Source of the DNA: Antedon mediterranea
Taxonomy: Eukaryota > Animalia > Echinodermata
Direction of reading: 5' to 3'
DNA: 64,000 nucleotides
Assembly (NCBI RefSeq): GCF_964355755.1
Contig: NC_092670.1
Location: forward strand, 29,004,388-29,068,387
The notes under the pieces: model-generated
The model's database searches: none
Told to the model about the DNA's origin: nothing
Seen by the model: the letters and a program-made list of their open reading frames with translations, nothing else
Shown here: one piece after another, positions 37,950-51,142 of the stretch
How positions within the stretch are numbered: position 1 is the first letter of the stretch
How the letters are laid out: each line of letters starts with the position of its first letter
Made by a program: the position numbers and the translations under genes

Positions 37950-38102
37950 GGTTATTCTGTCAACCAGAAACGACAGGTGTTCCTCAAGTTTGTGGAGTTA
38001 TTCCATGACCAAAATTTTCCTCAGATATTGAAGGGTAAAGCTCTCCAATTTATTATCATTCCAATGTTTGCAGCTTCTTTTGACAAGAAAGAAGGAGAAG
38101 AG
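37950..38102 (+). CDS. TRRAP: TRRAP exon w30
   Basis: aag|..|gtgagt; GYSVNQKRQVFLKFVELF..SFDKKEGEE. Confidence 0.9.
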
Positions 38103-38492
38103 GTGAGTAAAAAATCATTGGTAAGAACACCAACAAGTACTTTGACTGCTGTTGTAATATTCTACATGAACACTCTATCTGAGTTAAATTATTATTATTC
38201 TCTATATATTAATGCTACTAAATTTTTCCCATAATTTTTTGTTTCTCCTCCAAAGTTGATAAATGGTACTACACATTTGGCACACTGTTTATTGAGGGGC
38301 CGCACACGATGGGCTATAATAAATACTTTCTAAATTTTAAGAATAAACACTAAAAAAGGCAGAAAAAATAACAGTAATTTGAACTTTCTCTATTGTGTAC
38401 CACTATGTCAAAACTAGACCACATTGTAATTACAAAAGTGAAATGAACAATGAAATAAAGAGACCGTGTGGAGCACAGGCTACTACTAGTTA

Positions 38493-38765
38493 TCTATATA
38501 TAAATTTACGTAAGGGCAAAATTCGGTAAATCGCGCCTTACTTCTAGAATTTTTACTCGATGCTATATAAAGTTGGTTCGTACTTTCGGTACTGATTTTA
38601 ACCACCTGATGTAACCCTGTTTACTAATTAAATTAAGTTAGATAATTAGTTATTGACGATTAAAACGAATTTAGGTTCAACGATTTGCCCCAAATAGAGG
38701 TGTTTTCCGATCGTGGTATACACTGTCTAATGGATGTCCATCTTGAAAAATACCCTCCACAAAAA
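38493..38765 (+). mobile_element. Helitron family A, 5' portion
   Basis: A|TCTATATATAAATTTACGTAAGGGC; about 270 bp matching the start of the 2818 and 54253 copies. Confidence 0.78.
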
Positions 38766-40377
38766 ATGATAAAATTAAAATTATGTCAAAATGCTTGGTA
38801 AATTGTAGATTATGGTAGTTAATGAAATGTGTTGTGATACAATTATTTTGTAAATGCATGTGGCGGAGCGTTTATTCCACATGATGTTCTATTGGAGGGA
38901 ATGGAGGCTTTTATTCAAAGCGGGTGTTAATTCGAATAAATACTCAAGGTCAACAGTTAAGAATGCTAGAAGTAACTTACCATAGTTAACCGAATAAAAG
39001 GTCCGGGCATTTAGTTATTCAGGGAAGGCGTTTATTTTGTTTGGGTGTAATAATGGTAACATGTATAATCAAATAAATACACCCCAGATAAAAAAAAAAT
39101 TAATTAATATAATAAGAATAATAACTGGATTAAACCTCATTATATCCTGTTGCAAGTACAATCATGTAATAAAAGGTATCACAGACAACTATAATAGACC
39201 AATTCATTGTCATTATTCCGTCACACTGTTGCATAATATTTTTGAATGTTACCGACAAAACTTATACATAATATGTATAAGTTTTGTCGGTGTATATTAT
39301 ACACATCTGTTCCCAGTGTACTGTAGATAATAAAACAATATATGTTTCTGGAGATTTATTATCAATACCACTAGAAACTTGGACATGTTTTAGGTACTGA
39401 ATTCATTGACAATAAAAGCATCAGAAGTTATCATGATAAAATCATACTACAACACTGTACACAAGGGTGTTTTCAGGAAAGCTGGACATATTGTACAATA
39501 GTAATGAAACTATGTATTGGCATTTAAAAATATGCAAAAGATTGTTGTCAAATTGTAGTCACAAACAAACAGATGATAGAATGAAGATCCATTATGAGTG
39601 CAATCGTGTCAGGATAATGATATGTCATTGTTTTATATCATTATACTGGCACCTGGAGGAGAAGATCCATTTAATGTTATCTATGACAGTGTCACTTTTA
39701 TTCTAAAAGACAGAAACATTTCGTTAAAAAGCATAAAGAAGAAAACGAATCATGTAAATCAGTTGAGAAGCGAATTATAATTATTAAAATTAGAGTATTT
39801 ATTCGAATTAACACCCACTTTGAATAAAAGCCTCCCTCAAATAAACGCCACCATTCCCTCCAATAGAACATCGTGTGGAATACGCCCGCCACATGCATTT
39901 ACACAATAATTGTATCACAACACATTACATTAACTACCATAATCTACAATTTACCAAGCATTTTTTTCACTTTTTGATATTAATTGTGCTGTATTTTTTT
40001 TTACATCTAGGTGGTATTTATTTGATTATACATATTACCATATTATACCCCAAATAAAGATGCCTCCCCTCCCCCAAAAAATCCTTTTGAACAATAAATG
40101 CCCGGGGAGTTTAATCGGATACACATGGCAAGTTACTTCTAGCATTCTGAAAAGAACTGTTGAGCTTGACGTTTCTATCAAAATGTTCTTGGGGACAGCA
40201 ATAACTAGTACTTGAAATTGAAACAATTTAAAGTATCAGTTATTGCATAACATTACTGTCTAAAGATAAGTTATGTAGAGATATGTTTTTTGTTTGAAAC
40301 ATTAGTAATAGTATTTCTGTTCATCTTTTAACCACATTTTCTATTACAATGAATGTAAATATGTATATTTCGAACAA

Positions 40378-40960
40378 TTTGATACCAAATTTAAGTTTCT
40401 ACGACCAGTACTTACAGAGATATGAAGATGCCATGATATGTGGGTCAAAGGTCAGAAATGGCATTTCTGATAATTTTTGACTAAAATGTCCCATTAGATT
40501 GAATATGAAAGCATGCCTCTGAACATTTTGAGACTAAAATTGACTTGCTGCGACGAGTGGTTGCCGAGATACAAGTATCTATTTATATTTGTTCATATAA
40601 CCTTTGACCTTGACCCTTTGACCTTTGTAACATTTTTAAAAATGTGCTACAAATAACAAAATGTTTATTTCAAACAATTTAAGACCAAATTCAAGTGTCT
40701 ACGATCAGTAGTTACGGAGATACATACATGCCCTGGGGTGTGGGTCAAAGGTCAGAAATGGCATTTCCGGTCATTTTTAACTAAAATGTCCCATTAGACT
40801 GAATATAAATGTATACCTTCTGATCAATTTGAGACCAAAATTACCTCGCTGTGACCAGTGGTTGTCGAGATTTAAGGACCTATTGGTGTTTAGTTTGATA
40901 ACCTTTCACCCTGACCTTTTGACCTTTCGCCACATTTTCAAAATGTGTAACCAAGCCAAT
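40378..40960. repeat. About 300-bp tandem duplication in a TGACC-rich repeat
   Basis: TGGGTCAAAGGTCAGAAATGGCATTTC at 40441 and 40741; matching blocks throughout. Confidence 0.8.
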
Positions 40961-41055
40961 AATGATTGTTTGACCATCCTAAACCAATTTCTGAAGTCAA
41001 ATTCTCTGGACCTCAAAGTGCATACGAAAGTTGATCTAGCTACTAGAGTAAATTT

Positions 41056-41188
41056 TAGTTGTGCTCTGTCTGATTTAAATTGTGTTCTATCTGAGTTAAA
41101 TTGTGCTCTATCTGAGTTAAATTGTGTTCTATTTGAGTTAAATTGTGTTCTATCTGAGTTAAATTGTGTTCTATCTGAGTTAAATTGT
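41056..41188. repeat. 21-bp minisatellite, about 6 copies
   Basis: TTGTGTTCTATCTGAGTTAAA units. Confidence 0.92.
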
Positions 41189-41206
41189 GGCGGCTGATAT
41201 TGTATT

Positions 41207-41520
41207 TTATATAACACCTATATAAATTCCTGTCATTTGATTGGACGAATGTGGGTCACATGGCGTGCAATAGTACGCACTATTCAACGATCGTTAAATA
41301 GTACTTTTTGAAACATTTTTGTGTACGAAAAAAAAACGTCTAGATGTTATATAAAACAAATAATGAATGTTTTGTATTCGTGTAATGGTACAAATAATGG
41401 CACTTGGTGAATGATGAAAGGTTATATCAACTCGGCTTTGCCTCGTTGATATAACCTTTCATCATTCACCTCGTGCCATTATTTGTACCATTGCACTCAT
41501 AAACATTCATTATTTGTATA
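41207..41520. mobile_element. Short interspersed element with a long palindrome (family uncertain)
   Basis: Arms of about 75 bp at 41356-41517; partial copies at 22249-22356 (reverse) and 33086-33222. Confidence 0.65.
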
Positions 41521-41754
41521 CTATCCTATCCTTGGAGGTATGAAAGAGTAAAATAACTCCGGAATTATATTATTCAGTATGTGTGAACATAGTTCTAGTA
41601 AAAAGCAATCTTATCCTTTTTGTCAATTAGTACTTTTCACTTGTTATGATTTAACTGATAATGTAGATATGTGTTTCTTCTTTCTTTCATGTTTTTAATT
41701 ATTGATTTATATATTTTTTAATCAACACTTAACCTTTTTAATTTGATTTTACAG

Positions 41755-41939
41755 TTGATAGGCGGACCACCTAATCCAAGTGGCAGCAATCCAAATAACC
41801 TTGTAAACATTTTTATTGAGAAGGTTATTGATCCGGATAATCCGTATGGAACATCAGATTCTACACGAATCCTACTGCTTCAGTTTGCTGCACTGCTGGT
41901 GGAGCATGCCGCTCCTCACATACATGATGCTGCTGATAG
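41755..41939 (+). CDS. TRRAP: TRRAP exon w31
   Basis: cag|..|gtaaga; LIGGPPNP..RILLLQFAALLVEHAAPHIHD. Confidence 0.93.
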
Positions 41940-41986
41940 GTAAGAATAAGCAATACTACTCTCAACAGACAGGTGATAGATCAAAT

Positions 41987-44586
41987 GGCCTATATTGTCG
42001 GATTAGGCCAAGTTGAGCCGCCACCAGAAAAACCTTTTTTTCTATGAAACACCAAATGCTAACTTTCGCTCATGCTCGTTTCTATTTAATAGAAATTCTA
42101 TTTATATTATATATAACGATGTATATTCAAAAGTTTATATATCACGGTTAGTATATATTAAAATTATTAAATATTGTAATTAAAGAAATAATTATGAATA
42201 TCTGACTTGTAGATTCCAAAATATAAGGCCTAAAACATCACCGAAAATGATCGTTTTTCGCCAAAAATGACGTAAACATATTGCCCCCTCAGGCGGCAGT
42301 TGTATGAACTAAGCCTACTCCATTTTTCGGTATAATAATTACATAAAATCACTGTTTTTTAGTAAAATATTTTGTGTATTAACATTGTAAAATTCAATAA
42401 AATATGATATTAAAAGGTAGTAAATAAAAAATTATTATTATTTAACCTCATTCGAAGAATATCAATACTTTATATGATTTTACGTGGTAGGCCTACACGC
42501 GAGAAAAATATTATGGAGTGCACTGCATTTTTACCTTGAAAGATTAAAAACAATTAAATTATTAAATTTGACTACTTTCCTTTGCTGTGTTGTTATGGTG
42601 GTTCAAACCAACAAAATTGTAGTATGTAATCAGTGTTCTCCCCAGGATTCACATCAAGCGTCACGCTTCCGCCCCGAATGCTCAACACGAATGTCAAGGG
42701 GAATTCCCCGATGAAATAAAACTAGGCCTACTCATGAGTAGGACAACTCTGTAGTTGGCCGGAAAGACACTTCATAGCGCGCTAGCAAACCGCACGATCG
42801 TAGCCTACTTTTTCCGCCGGTAAACATACGCGATAAGAAACATTTTTTGCGTTCATTACGAACGTCAAGGGGAATTCCCCGATGAAATAAAAAATGCCTA
42901 CTCATCAGTAGGATAACTCTGTAGTTGGCCGGAAAGGACACTTCATAGCACGCTAGCAAACAGCCCGATCGTAGCCTACTTTTCCGCAGGTAAACATATG
43001 CAATAAATGAATAAAAAAATATGCCTACTCATCAGTAGGCAACTGTAGTTAGCCAGAAACGACACCTCATAGCGCGTTAGCAAACATTAAAACGATCGTA
43101 GCCTACTTTTTTTTTCGTCGGCGGGTAAACATATGCGATAAAAAAACATTTTTTGCGTTCAAATACAAACATCGGGGGCAAATCCCGATGAAATAAAACT
43201 AGGCCTACTCATTAGTAAGACACCTCAGTAGTTGCCCGGAAATAAGACTTCATAGCGCACTAGCAAATAGGAAAACGATTGTAGCCTTCTTCTTGAATGT
43301 ATTATACGATCAAAGCAGCTAGCATTGAATTGCGCCTAGAAAATCAATCGCGCCTTTGTCATTTGATGATGTGCGTATGTTACCGACGAAAGAGTAAATC
43401 CCACCGATCCATAGAGAGTCGATTAATTCAATGTGATATTGAAAATATCATTGATATTTAATTTTTAATACACATAACATGTTAATTACAAGAAAAATAA
43501 TACAATCAATCATTGTTTTAACTGAAAACTTTATTTACAATATACAAGTTACCACATTTTAGACGATTCAGACAACAGCCAATACTAGAGATCGAAAGAG
43601 AGACATGGCAGTAACAAAACACGTGCTTACATCTCTCGGCGGCGGCCGGTGAAAGCACCATGTGACATACAGTATTGCAGTACTGATATCACAATACCAT
43701 GTGACATCCCTTGTCACTCGACTTTCTCACGAAGTAGGGCCTAAAACATTCTAGCACCGATGTACAAATGTACCTTAAGTTAAGTGAAATAAGACTTTAG
43801 TGCACTAGCAAATAGGAAAACGATCGTAGCCTTCTTGAATGTATTATACGATCAAAGCAGCTAGCATTGAATTGCGCCTAGAAATCATTTGATGACGTGC
43901 GTATGTTACCGACGAAAGATTAAATCCCACCGATAGAGTCGATTAATTCAATGTGATATTGAAAATAATAATATCATTGATATTTATTTTTAATACACAT
44001 AACATTTTTACAAGAAAAACAATACAATAAATCATTTACTTTATTTACAATATACAAGTTACCACATTTTAGACAACAGCCAATACTAGAGATCGAAAGA
44101 GAGACATGGCAGTAACAAAACATGTGTTTACATCTCTCGGCGGCGGCCGGTGAAAGCGAGTCCCAGTTGTTTAACACTTTGTTACGCAGTCTTTAGTTTT
44201 TCTTCTAGTGGTCATGTCACGTGTCTCGTATGCATACTGTAGGCTCTTTATGCATGCCGCGCCTCAGCTCTAGAGAAAGTACCTGCCTGTTAATCTATTT
44301 TTAGATTGTTGTTGATATTTTTAAGCGTCACGAATAAGGTTTTAAGCGTCACGGCCGACCGTAAAACGTCGCGGTAGAGAACCCAAGCGTCACGGTACGG
44401 TGACGCTTCAAAGGCCTGGGGAGAACACTGGTAATTATAGTTTCATGACATTTTCAAGACCATGAACTTATGTACAGTACTAGGACACCACTCTATCACT
44501 ACGCGAAATGTCGTAAAAGACACACTGGGCGTTTCATAGAAATTACCGGCGGCTCAACTTGTCGGCGGCCCAACCGGTCATATGCC
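41987..44586. mobile_element. GGC..GCC TIR element (Harbinger/ISL2EU-like), interrupted by another MITE
   Basis: Imperfect TIR containing AAGTTGAGCCGCC and TTTCTATGAAAC; AT on both flanks. Confidence 0.6.
42631..44430. mobile_element. hAT-like non-autonomous element with a 5-bp TSD and internal tandem arrays
   Basis: Perfect 16-bp TIR CAGTGTTCTCCCCAGG; GTAAT on both sides; subterminal AAGCGTCAC motifs. Confidence 0.82.
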
Positions 44587-44966
44587 ATATTGTCTATATG
44601 GATCATTAAGTATACAGATTATGAATATATATGAATGCTAAGAATATTGTCATTACCGTAGTTTAAAAATTGACTGTTCCATTTATAGAGGCAGAGTAAG
44701 CAAATTTTAATGACGTTATTCACTTTCAGTTTTGTGTAATAAGTGGAGCCCTCAATAAAAGCATATACTACTCATTAGTAGGGCTTCAACAGTACATAAA
44801 TAATACAATTTTTTTAAAGTAACTAAAAATAAAGAAAGTTTTATTTTTACAAAGAGATTAAAAAGTTCAAAAAAGCTCATCATTCAAGATAACCATTGAA
44901 CATCCTTTTCTTTTAATTGGACTAATATACATTGTTATAATTATTGCTGTATAATTTATTCTTAAG

Positions 44967-45120
44967 GAAACAAGGAAGTAAACTGCGTCGTCTGATGACA
45001 TTTGCTTGGCCGTGTTTGATTCACAAGAACTGTGTAGATCCAGCAACAAAGTACCATGGTCATCTTCTACTATCACACATCATTGCTAAGTTTGCAATTC
45101 ACAAACGGATTGTTCTGCAG
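44967..45120 (+). CDS. TRRAP: TRRAP exon w32
   Basis: aag|..|gtaaaa; KQGSKLRRLMTFAWPCL..KYHGHLLLSHIIAKFAIHKRIVLQ. Confidence 0.93.
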
Positions 45121-45216
45121 GTAAAATGATATTCTACTAAATATATACACTTCTCCTCAAATTTAATAAATAAAATTAAAACTAGTTAACCATATACAAA
45201 ACATACCACCCTCTAA

Positions 45217-45416
45217 AGCTATATTCACACTGAGGCTGGATTCGTTCCAATGAACAACTTTTTCAGTTGCTGATGTTCCAAACAAACATTTTGTACAGAT
45301 CAAAATTGAGTTATTGTGAACAGTACATCAATCATTCACAGATTTTTATTTCAACAATATTTTATATTTTTTATCGGGCCACCGGACCTGAATCTGAGCT
45401 CAGTGTGAGCATAGCT
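45217..45416. mobile_element. 200-bp Harbinger-like MITE
   Basis: TAA|AGCTATATTCACACTGAG..CTCAGTGTGAGCATAGCT|TTA. Confidence 0.7.
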
Positions 45417-45493
45417 TTATAATCCTGAATTGGTTTTTATTCAAATCTACCCAATTACATTCTAATTACACAGAATGATTTCAAGAATAGTTA

Positions 45494-47341
45494 CTGTAAA
45501 GCGCTTTATTTTTGTGACTTTAGCGATTGAACAACGGTCTTGAAAATAAATGGTGCGCGAAAATCGCGAAATTTCCAATGATGTTTTTACAGTCGATCAG
45601 GCCTAGCCTAGACTTAGTTAGCAAGGTAGGCCTATTATATTACTGTCTAAGCCTAGCTATGCCTAATATGTTAAAAATGAATATAAAATACTGTAATTAC
45701 AATAAACTTGTGTATTCTTTGAAACATTTACGTTCGTCAGCGATATTGAGACACGTGGCGTCGTGCGTGGGAGGATTGATCGCTAAAATAATGTTCAAAT
45801 TGGAAAAAGCAAGCGACATTTCTTAGAAAAAATTTATTAAATGTATAGAGTACTTGCTTGACGAATCCTTTGTCCATTAAATCATATAATAAGTGGTAAT
45901 GTGTCCATAAAAAGTAATTATTCTATGTCGTGCGTAGGCCTAGTTTGTGGTAGCAAACGGCAAAAATGCCATCGGCATGCTTAAAGTGGAGGTGCTCTCA
46001 AAAAATTTAACATTTTTATTTTATTCAGTTCATTATAAACATTACTTTCATCTAAATTGAGGTATTTTTTTAATTTGTTGTACATATGCTGCATGGTTAG
46101 TCTGAAAAACATAAAAAAAAGCCATCTGGGGGGATAGTTCAAATTACAAACCTTTTCCCTATTCATTTGCCTGTAAATTGAAAAAAAACGATGCGTTTAA
46201 AAAAAATTGTAAAAAATATATGTAAGTTCCAAAAATATTATACATATATGTTTTCAGATTCTTTTTCATTCCCCATTTTTAGGTGTTGACCAATTTATTT
46301 TTGCGTAATTAAAAAAACTACCCACTTGAGCCAAGTGAGTAATTTTTACTTTCTAGGGAGTCAATCAATTTGCACATGTGCGACCTGTTGGCTTTCTTTA
46401 CTCGCCTCTCCTCCGATCCTCCTCGATAAACTAGGATATAAAATACATACGAATAATAAGTGTAAGATTAAGATTGATTTGCATGGTTATTTGAAAAGAT
46501 AGACGGATCAAACGGCAATGTTTAACCGTAGGCCTACCCCAGAAAGACATGGTTATGCGTTTGAACCAGAACCCAGGCCCAAACAATTATCACATCTGCC
46601 GACGGCGAAGATGTAATTCAGACTAGGCCTATGCCCCAGCAACAGAGAATGAATTTTCAGCGGCATTCGATGATAACTGACGTCCTTATCTCCATGTGGC
46701 TTGTTATGGCACTTATATACCATACAGTGCTTCATTTTGAAGCTAAGAGTAGACCCAAAAAGTAATAACAAAAGGCAAGACAATAATAAAATGTTTGTTC
46801 GATCGGATGTGTGATGAAATGAAAATGATACACGTGTAGTAGCGCGTCTTGTCAGCTCGATCGAGAGAGGAGACGTGGCGTAACATAATATGGTAACGTG
46901 ACCTTTACAACAAAGGTCATTACCTAACTGCTGAAAAAATTATATAGCGATTTTTCGATATTTTTGAACATTTTTTATTTTCTGATTTCTCAGAAACTGC
47001 TTATTTTGATATGATTTTTTATGTTTGTACCTACTTATATTAATAAACTAAAGTAAATAATGGAAGGAAAAGCCACTTTAAGCTTGCTTGCTCTCCACCA
47101 CCACAGAGATCCATCCGGCCGGCGTGTCGTGTCTGTTCGATCGTTGTTGTAGAAACAAACAATAATTTGGTAGAGTACATTGATTTTATGTGGGAGTTCA
47201 CTCTATGAGCCTATTAACCATGTGCCTCATTTACGAAATACATTCGCCAATTTGGTTCAACAAATTACACAAAAAACTCAAATCGCGAAATTAAAAGGTC
47301 GCGAAGTAGTTGAAAATGTAAAATCGCGAAAATTTAGGGCA
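45494..47341. mobile_element. Second copy of the 1-1333 DNA element, split by a TTAA insertion
   Basis: TA|CTGTAAAGC start; homology to 9-115, 870-1030 and 1205-1310. Confidence 0.7.
45985..47077. mobile_element. Kolobok-like internally deleted element with a THAP remnant
   Basis: TTAA|AGTGG..CCACT|TTAA; host element resumes on both sides; minus-strand MKHCMVYKCHN..SYHRMP. Confidence 0.72.
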
Positions 47342-47362
47342 GTATTTTTATTTTCCTAACAG

Positions 47363-47544
47363 GTATTCCACAGTTTGCTGAAGGCCCATGCCCCAGAGGC
47401 TCGCTCAGTAGTACGTCAAGCCCTTGAAATTCTTACTCCAGCCTTACCAACTAGAATGGAAGAAGGCAACACAATGTTGACCCACTGGACTAAGAAGATT
47501 ATAGTAGAGGAGGGACACACAGTAGCTCAGCTTGTTCACATGCT
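47363..47544 (+). CDS. TRRAP: TRRAP exon w33
   Basis: cag|..|gtaagt; VFHSLLKAHAPEARSVVRQALEILTP..LTHWTKKIIVEEGH. Confidence 0.95.
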
Positions 47545-48641
47545 GTAAGTTATACTACCATTAATAAAGTTAAGCCTGCTTTAATACAGGAGAATCTCCA
47601 TTAAGTTGTTACCCTAAGGTCCAGAAAAAATATCTGCTTAAAGGAAGTAGTCACTTACGAGATAGAGAACCAAGTGGTGGCAGCTTCAACACAGAAGAAA
47701 CTGGTGAGCAGGTTATTGAGCAATATAATTTAGTATTTTCTGCATATATTTTTAAATAATTATAATCTCTTTAACTTGATGCAACAAAAGTGAGTAATAA
47801 ACTGACCTTTGAGTGTGTCCATTATGTAGGGAGTGTGTAAATAATATTTATCGTGTACCGCATTAAAACGTTGTAGCTGCGTTATGAAGGTCATCTTTCT
47901 TTAATGAGGTGGTTTGTAGTTGTGCTCAATGAATCCTAAAAGACTCAATTTTGTAATTGGCTTTTGAATATTCATTAGCTTATTAGTATTTCGTTTACTG
48001 CGTTGACGTTCAGTACACACAGTCAACGATCTTTAGAATTATAGTGTAAAATGGGATATATTATAAAAGTTTTTGTTAAAATATTTGGGTACGTATAATA
48101 TGGACGTCCATGCAGACTCACCATATAAAGTTGTTGATTTGAATGCCTACTGCATGCCAGGGTTTAGTTCAGCCCTTCCCCTTTTTTTTAGCTAGGTTAA
48201 GTCTGCGGAGTTCATTACAGTACCATACCTGTCAACCGTACTGTCCGATTTAATTGGGAGTATCCCGTTTTCTAATGGCAAAAATATTCACAAAATGTGA
48301 ATCTGCGTATCGGTTAAAAAAAATAGACGATGCTTATTGTTTGATCAAGAAAACATTTTCCTATAAGTATAACCACTGCGATGACAATATTTGTTGACAA
48401 AACGTAACCCTCGACTTCAGCTCTTGATTTCTAGAGTGTACAGTAATGAACTCCATGCGAGAAAATTTGATCAAGTCAAAATTGGATGTTCCAAATTATT
48501 ACAATTGTTCTTTTTTTCTTGCTGGTAGACACTGTTTATTAATGTAAATCAAGTTTGTTTATTTTTACTATAGTTATTTTAAGGGTGAAATTCACTAATT
48601 GATATGCTAATTAAGTGTCCAGGGTATGTATAAGGTTGCAT

Positions 48642-50083
48642 TTATTAGGTGATCATTTAGAATTCTAAATGATCACCTATTGTTATTGTATGAAATCTTA
48701 ATTTTTTTTCTTTTTATTGTTTCTGTACACTATTTTGTGTAACAATTATCTCAAAAAGTTTAATGTCAATGATTACCAAAATTTCAGAATATCTTTCAAA
48801 TAATATAACTTAATCCTAATAAGCTTTCCAGCGTGATCACTCATCCGTGACGTCATTTATACGCCATTTTGCAAAATCACATTATCAATCATATCTCCAT
48901 AATTCATTATCACATATTAATGAAATTCACTACACGTAAACTTCAGGTCAAGGGTAAAAATATTAGCAAATAAAAACGCACGCGCACGTAGGGTCATGCG
49001 CGTTAAAAATTTAAAACGCTCAAAATTAAGTTTTTTTTTTTTAACAAATCTCATTCTACTCACCATCCTTAGTACATTCACCAAATTTGAGTCAGTTCCG
49101 ACTTAAAATAACGCTATACGAGCAGGTTAAAAATGACAAAATGCGCAAATTAATTTCATCAAAGTGATGAAAATGGTGAAAAATAAGGCCTTTTTAAAAT
49201 GAATATAACTCTTCAGAATGGCAGGTGACCCCCAATTTTTTTTAACTTATTCGGGAAGCCATTGGGTTGTAGATACATATTCATGTACACATTAGACGTA
49301 CAAAATGGTATGACGTCATCAAATGGCCACTTCAATTTAAAAATTAGTAGTAATAGAGCGCATCTCCGTTATTTGAGCCTGATTTTCGCAGAAATTTTAG
49401 TATGTGCTTGGCTCAAATAATTATCTTTCTCATGAGTTGTCAACATTTTATTTTGATGACGTCATCATGCGGAAAAACTTGAATAACCTAGGTCGTGTAA
49501 TTTCAGCTACACCATACATTTGAATATCTTATAGCTCTTCAGAATTAAAGGTGACCTTGAAGATTATAACTTATTATGAAAGCTGATGAAATGTAGATTT
49601 GAATTCATATAAAAATTAAGCCTATCGGATGTTGTGATGTTATCATATGGCCAGTTGAAGTTAAAACGTTGTTTTTAAATTTCTTTAGTCGAAGTTATAC
49701 AAATTTCAAAGAGCGCGCATTGCGCTTCTACGTGTCAAATTCTCTTCCAATCCTTATATTTATTTGCTCAATTCATTATCTTTCGAAATTGTCATCTTCG
49801 AGTTTATTTTGATAATTCCATCATACCAAAAAATTTGAACATGATGCGGGTCCCGTAATTTCACCTATGCTACACTGTATATAGATATACAGTATATACT
49901 ACATGACACATAATAGGTACAACTCAGCACTATAAGTGTATATGCATCATGTCATAGGATGGCGTACATCAGCTTTTTACGATCGTATGTTAACGTACGT
50001 GCATGTTTAAAAAATGTTAATTTCATTAAAATGATAAAAATGATCACCTATAATTTGTCAAAGTGACGAATTAAATTCTAGTT
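48642..50083 (+). mobile_element. Helentron-associated (DINE-1/HINE-like) non-autonomous element
   Basis: 5' hairpin TAGGTGATCATTTAGAATTCTAAATGATCACCTA; 3' subterminal inverted copy TGATCACCTATAA, then short stem AATTTGTCA-AAG-TGACGAATT and CTAGTT. Confidence 0.7.
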
Positions 50084-50205
50084 GTTATTAATTGTGTTGA
50101 TTTTTTAATTTGGTTTAGTGGTGGGTGGCTGAGTGATATCTGTTTTGTTTTAAATATATTTTTATAGTTTATTTTTGTAGTTAAGCATGTTTTTTTTATT
50201 TTTAG

Positions 50206-50407
50206 CCAACTGCTCGTGAAGCATTTCAAAGTATATTATCCAGTACGACATCACCTCATTCAAAATATGGTGAACTCAGTTCAAAGGTTAGGATTCACTC
50301 CAAATGCTACGTTAGAACATCGTAAGTTAGCCGTTGAACTTGCTGAGGTCATTATCAAATGGGAGGTGAGACGCATCAAGGAACAGGATACCAGTACAGA
50401 AACAACG
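50206..50407 (+). CDS. TRRAP: TRRAP exon w34
   Basis: tag|..|gtaaga; HFKVYYPVRHHL..RKLAVELAEVIIKWE. Confidence 0.94.
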
Positions 50408-50525
50408 GTAAGAGGGATACATTGTTCATATAAATATATTGTCGTCATTACTAAACTATTATTCCACATTCCTAATGTTCTCCTGAGAAACAGATATTGC
50501 CAGTAACATTGGCAAAACTTCATAA

Positions 50526-50906
50526 TCAATATATAAATTTACATAAGGGCAAAATTTGGTAAATTGCGCGTTACTTCTAGAATGTTTTCTCGATGGTATA
50601 TAAAGTTGATTCGTACTTTCGGTACTGATTTTAACCACCTGATCTAACCTTGTATACTAATAAAATTGAGTTGAATTTAAAACGAAATTAGGTTCAACGA
50701 TTTTCTCCAAATAGGGGTATTTTCAAATCGTGGTATACACTGCTAATGGATTTCCATCTTGAAAAATACCAACACACAATAATACGAGGATGCTTCGCAT
50801 CTCCTTCTACGATAATTGTTTTTAACAGTTTTTTACGCTGAAATTACTGTGTATTCGAGAACCATCTGTGGGCATGACATAGATGGTATGCGCGCGTACC
50901 ATCTAG
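50526..50906 (+). mobile_element. Helitron family A, internally deleted 381-bp copy
   Basis: A|TCAATATATAAATTTAC ... GTACCATCTAG|T. Confidence 0.82.
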
Positions 50907-51142
50907 TCTTTAGAAATTAATTTAACTTACTAAAAGTTGGTAATTTTAAAATTGTTATAAACTAATGCTTTTTTTTTCATTTTTTTCATTTCATTTATTT
51001 CAATATCATTATCGCAGCCTTAGCTGAATTACAAAGATATTTACATTTTTTCAATATTAAAATTTGTATAAAAGTATAAAACCAATGATAATTATTTACC
51101 TTTGGTTAATTGAATATTATCATTTTCTTGGATTATTTTCAG

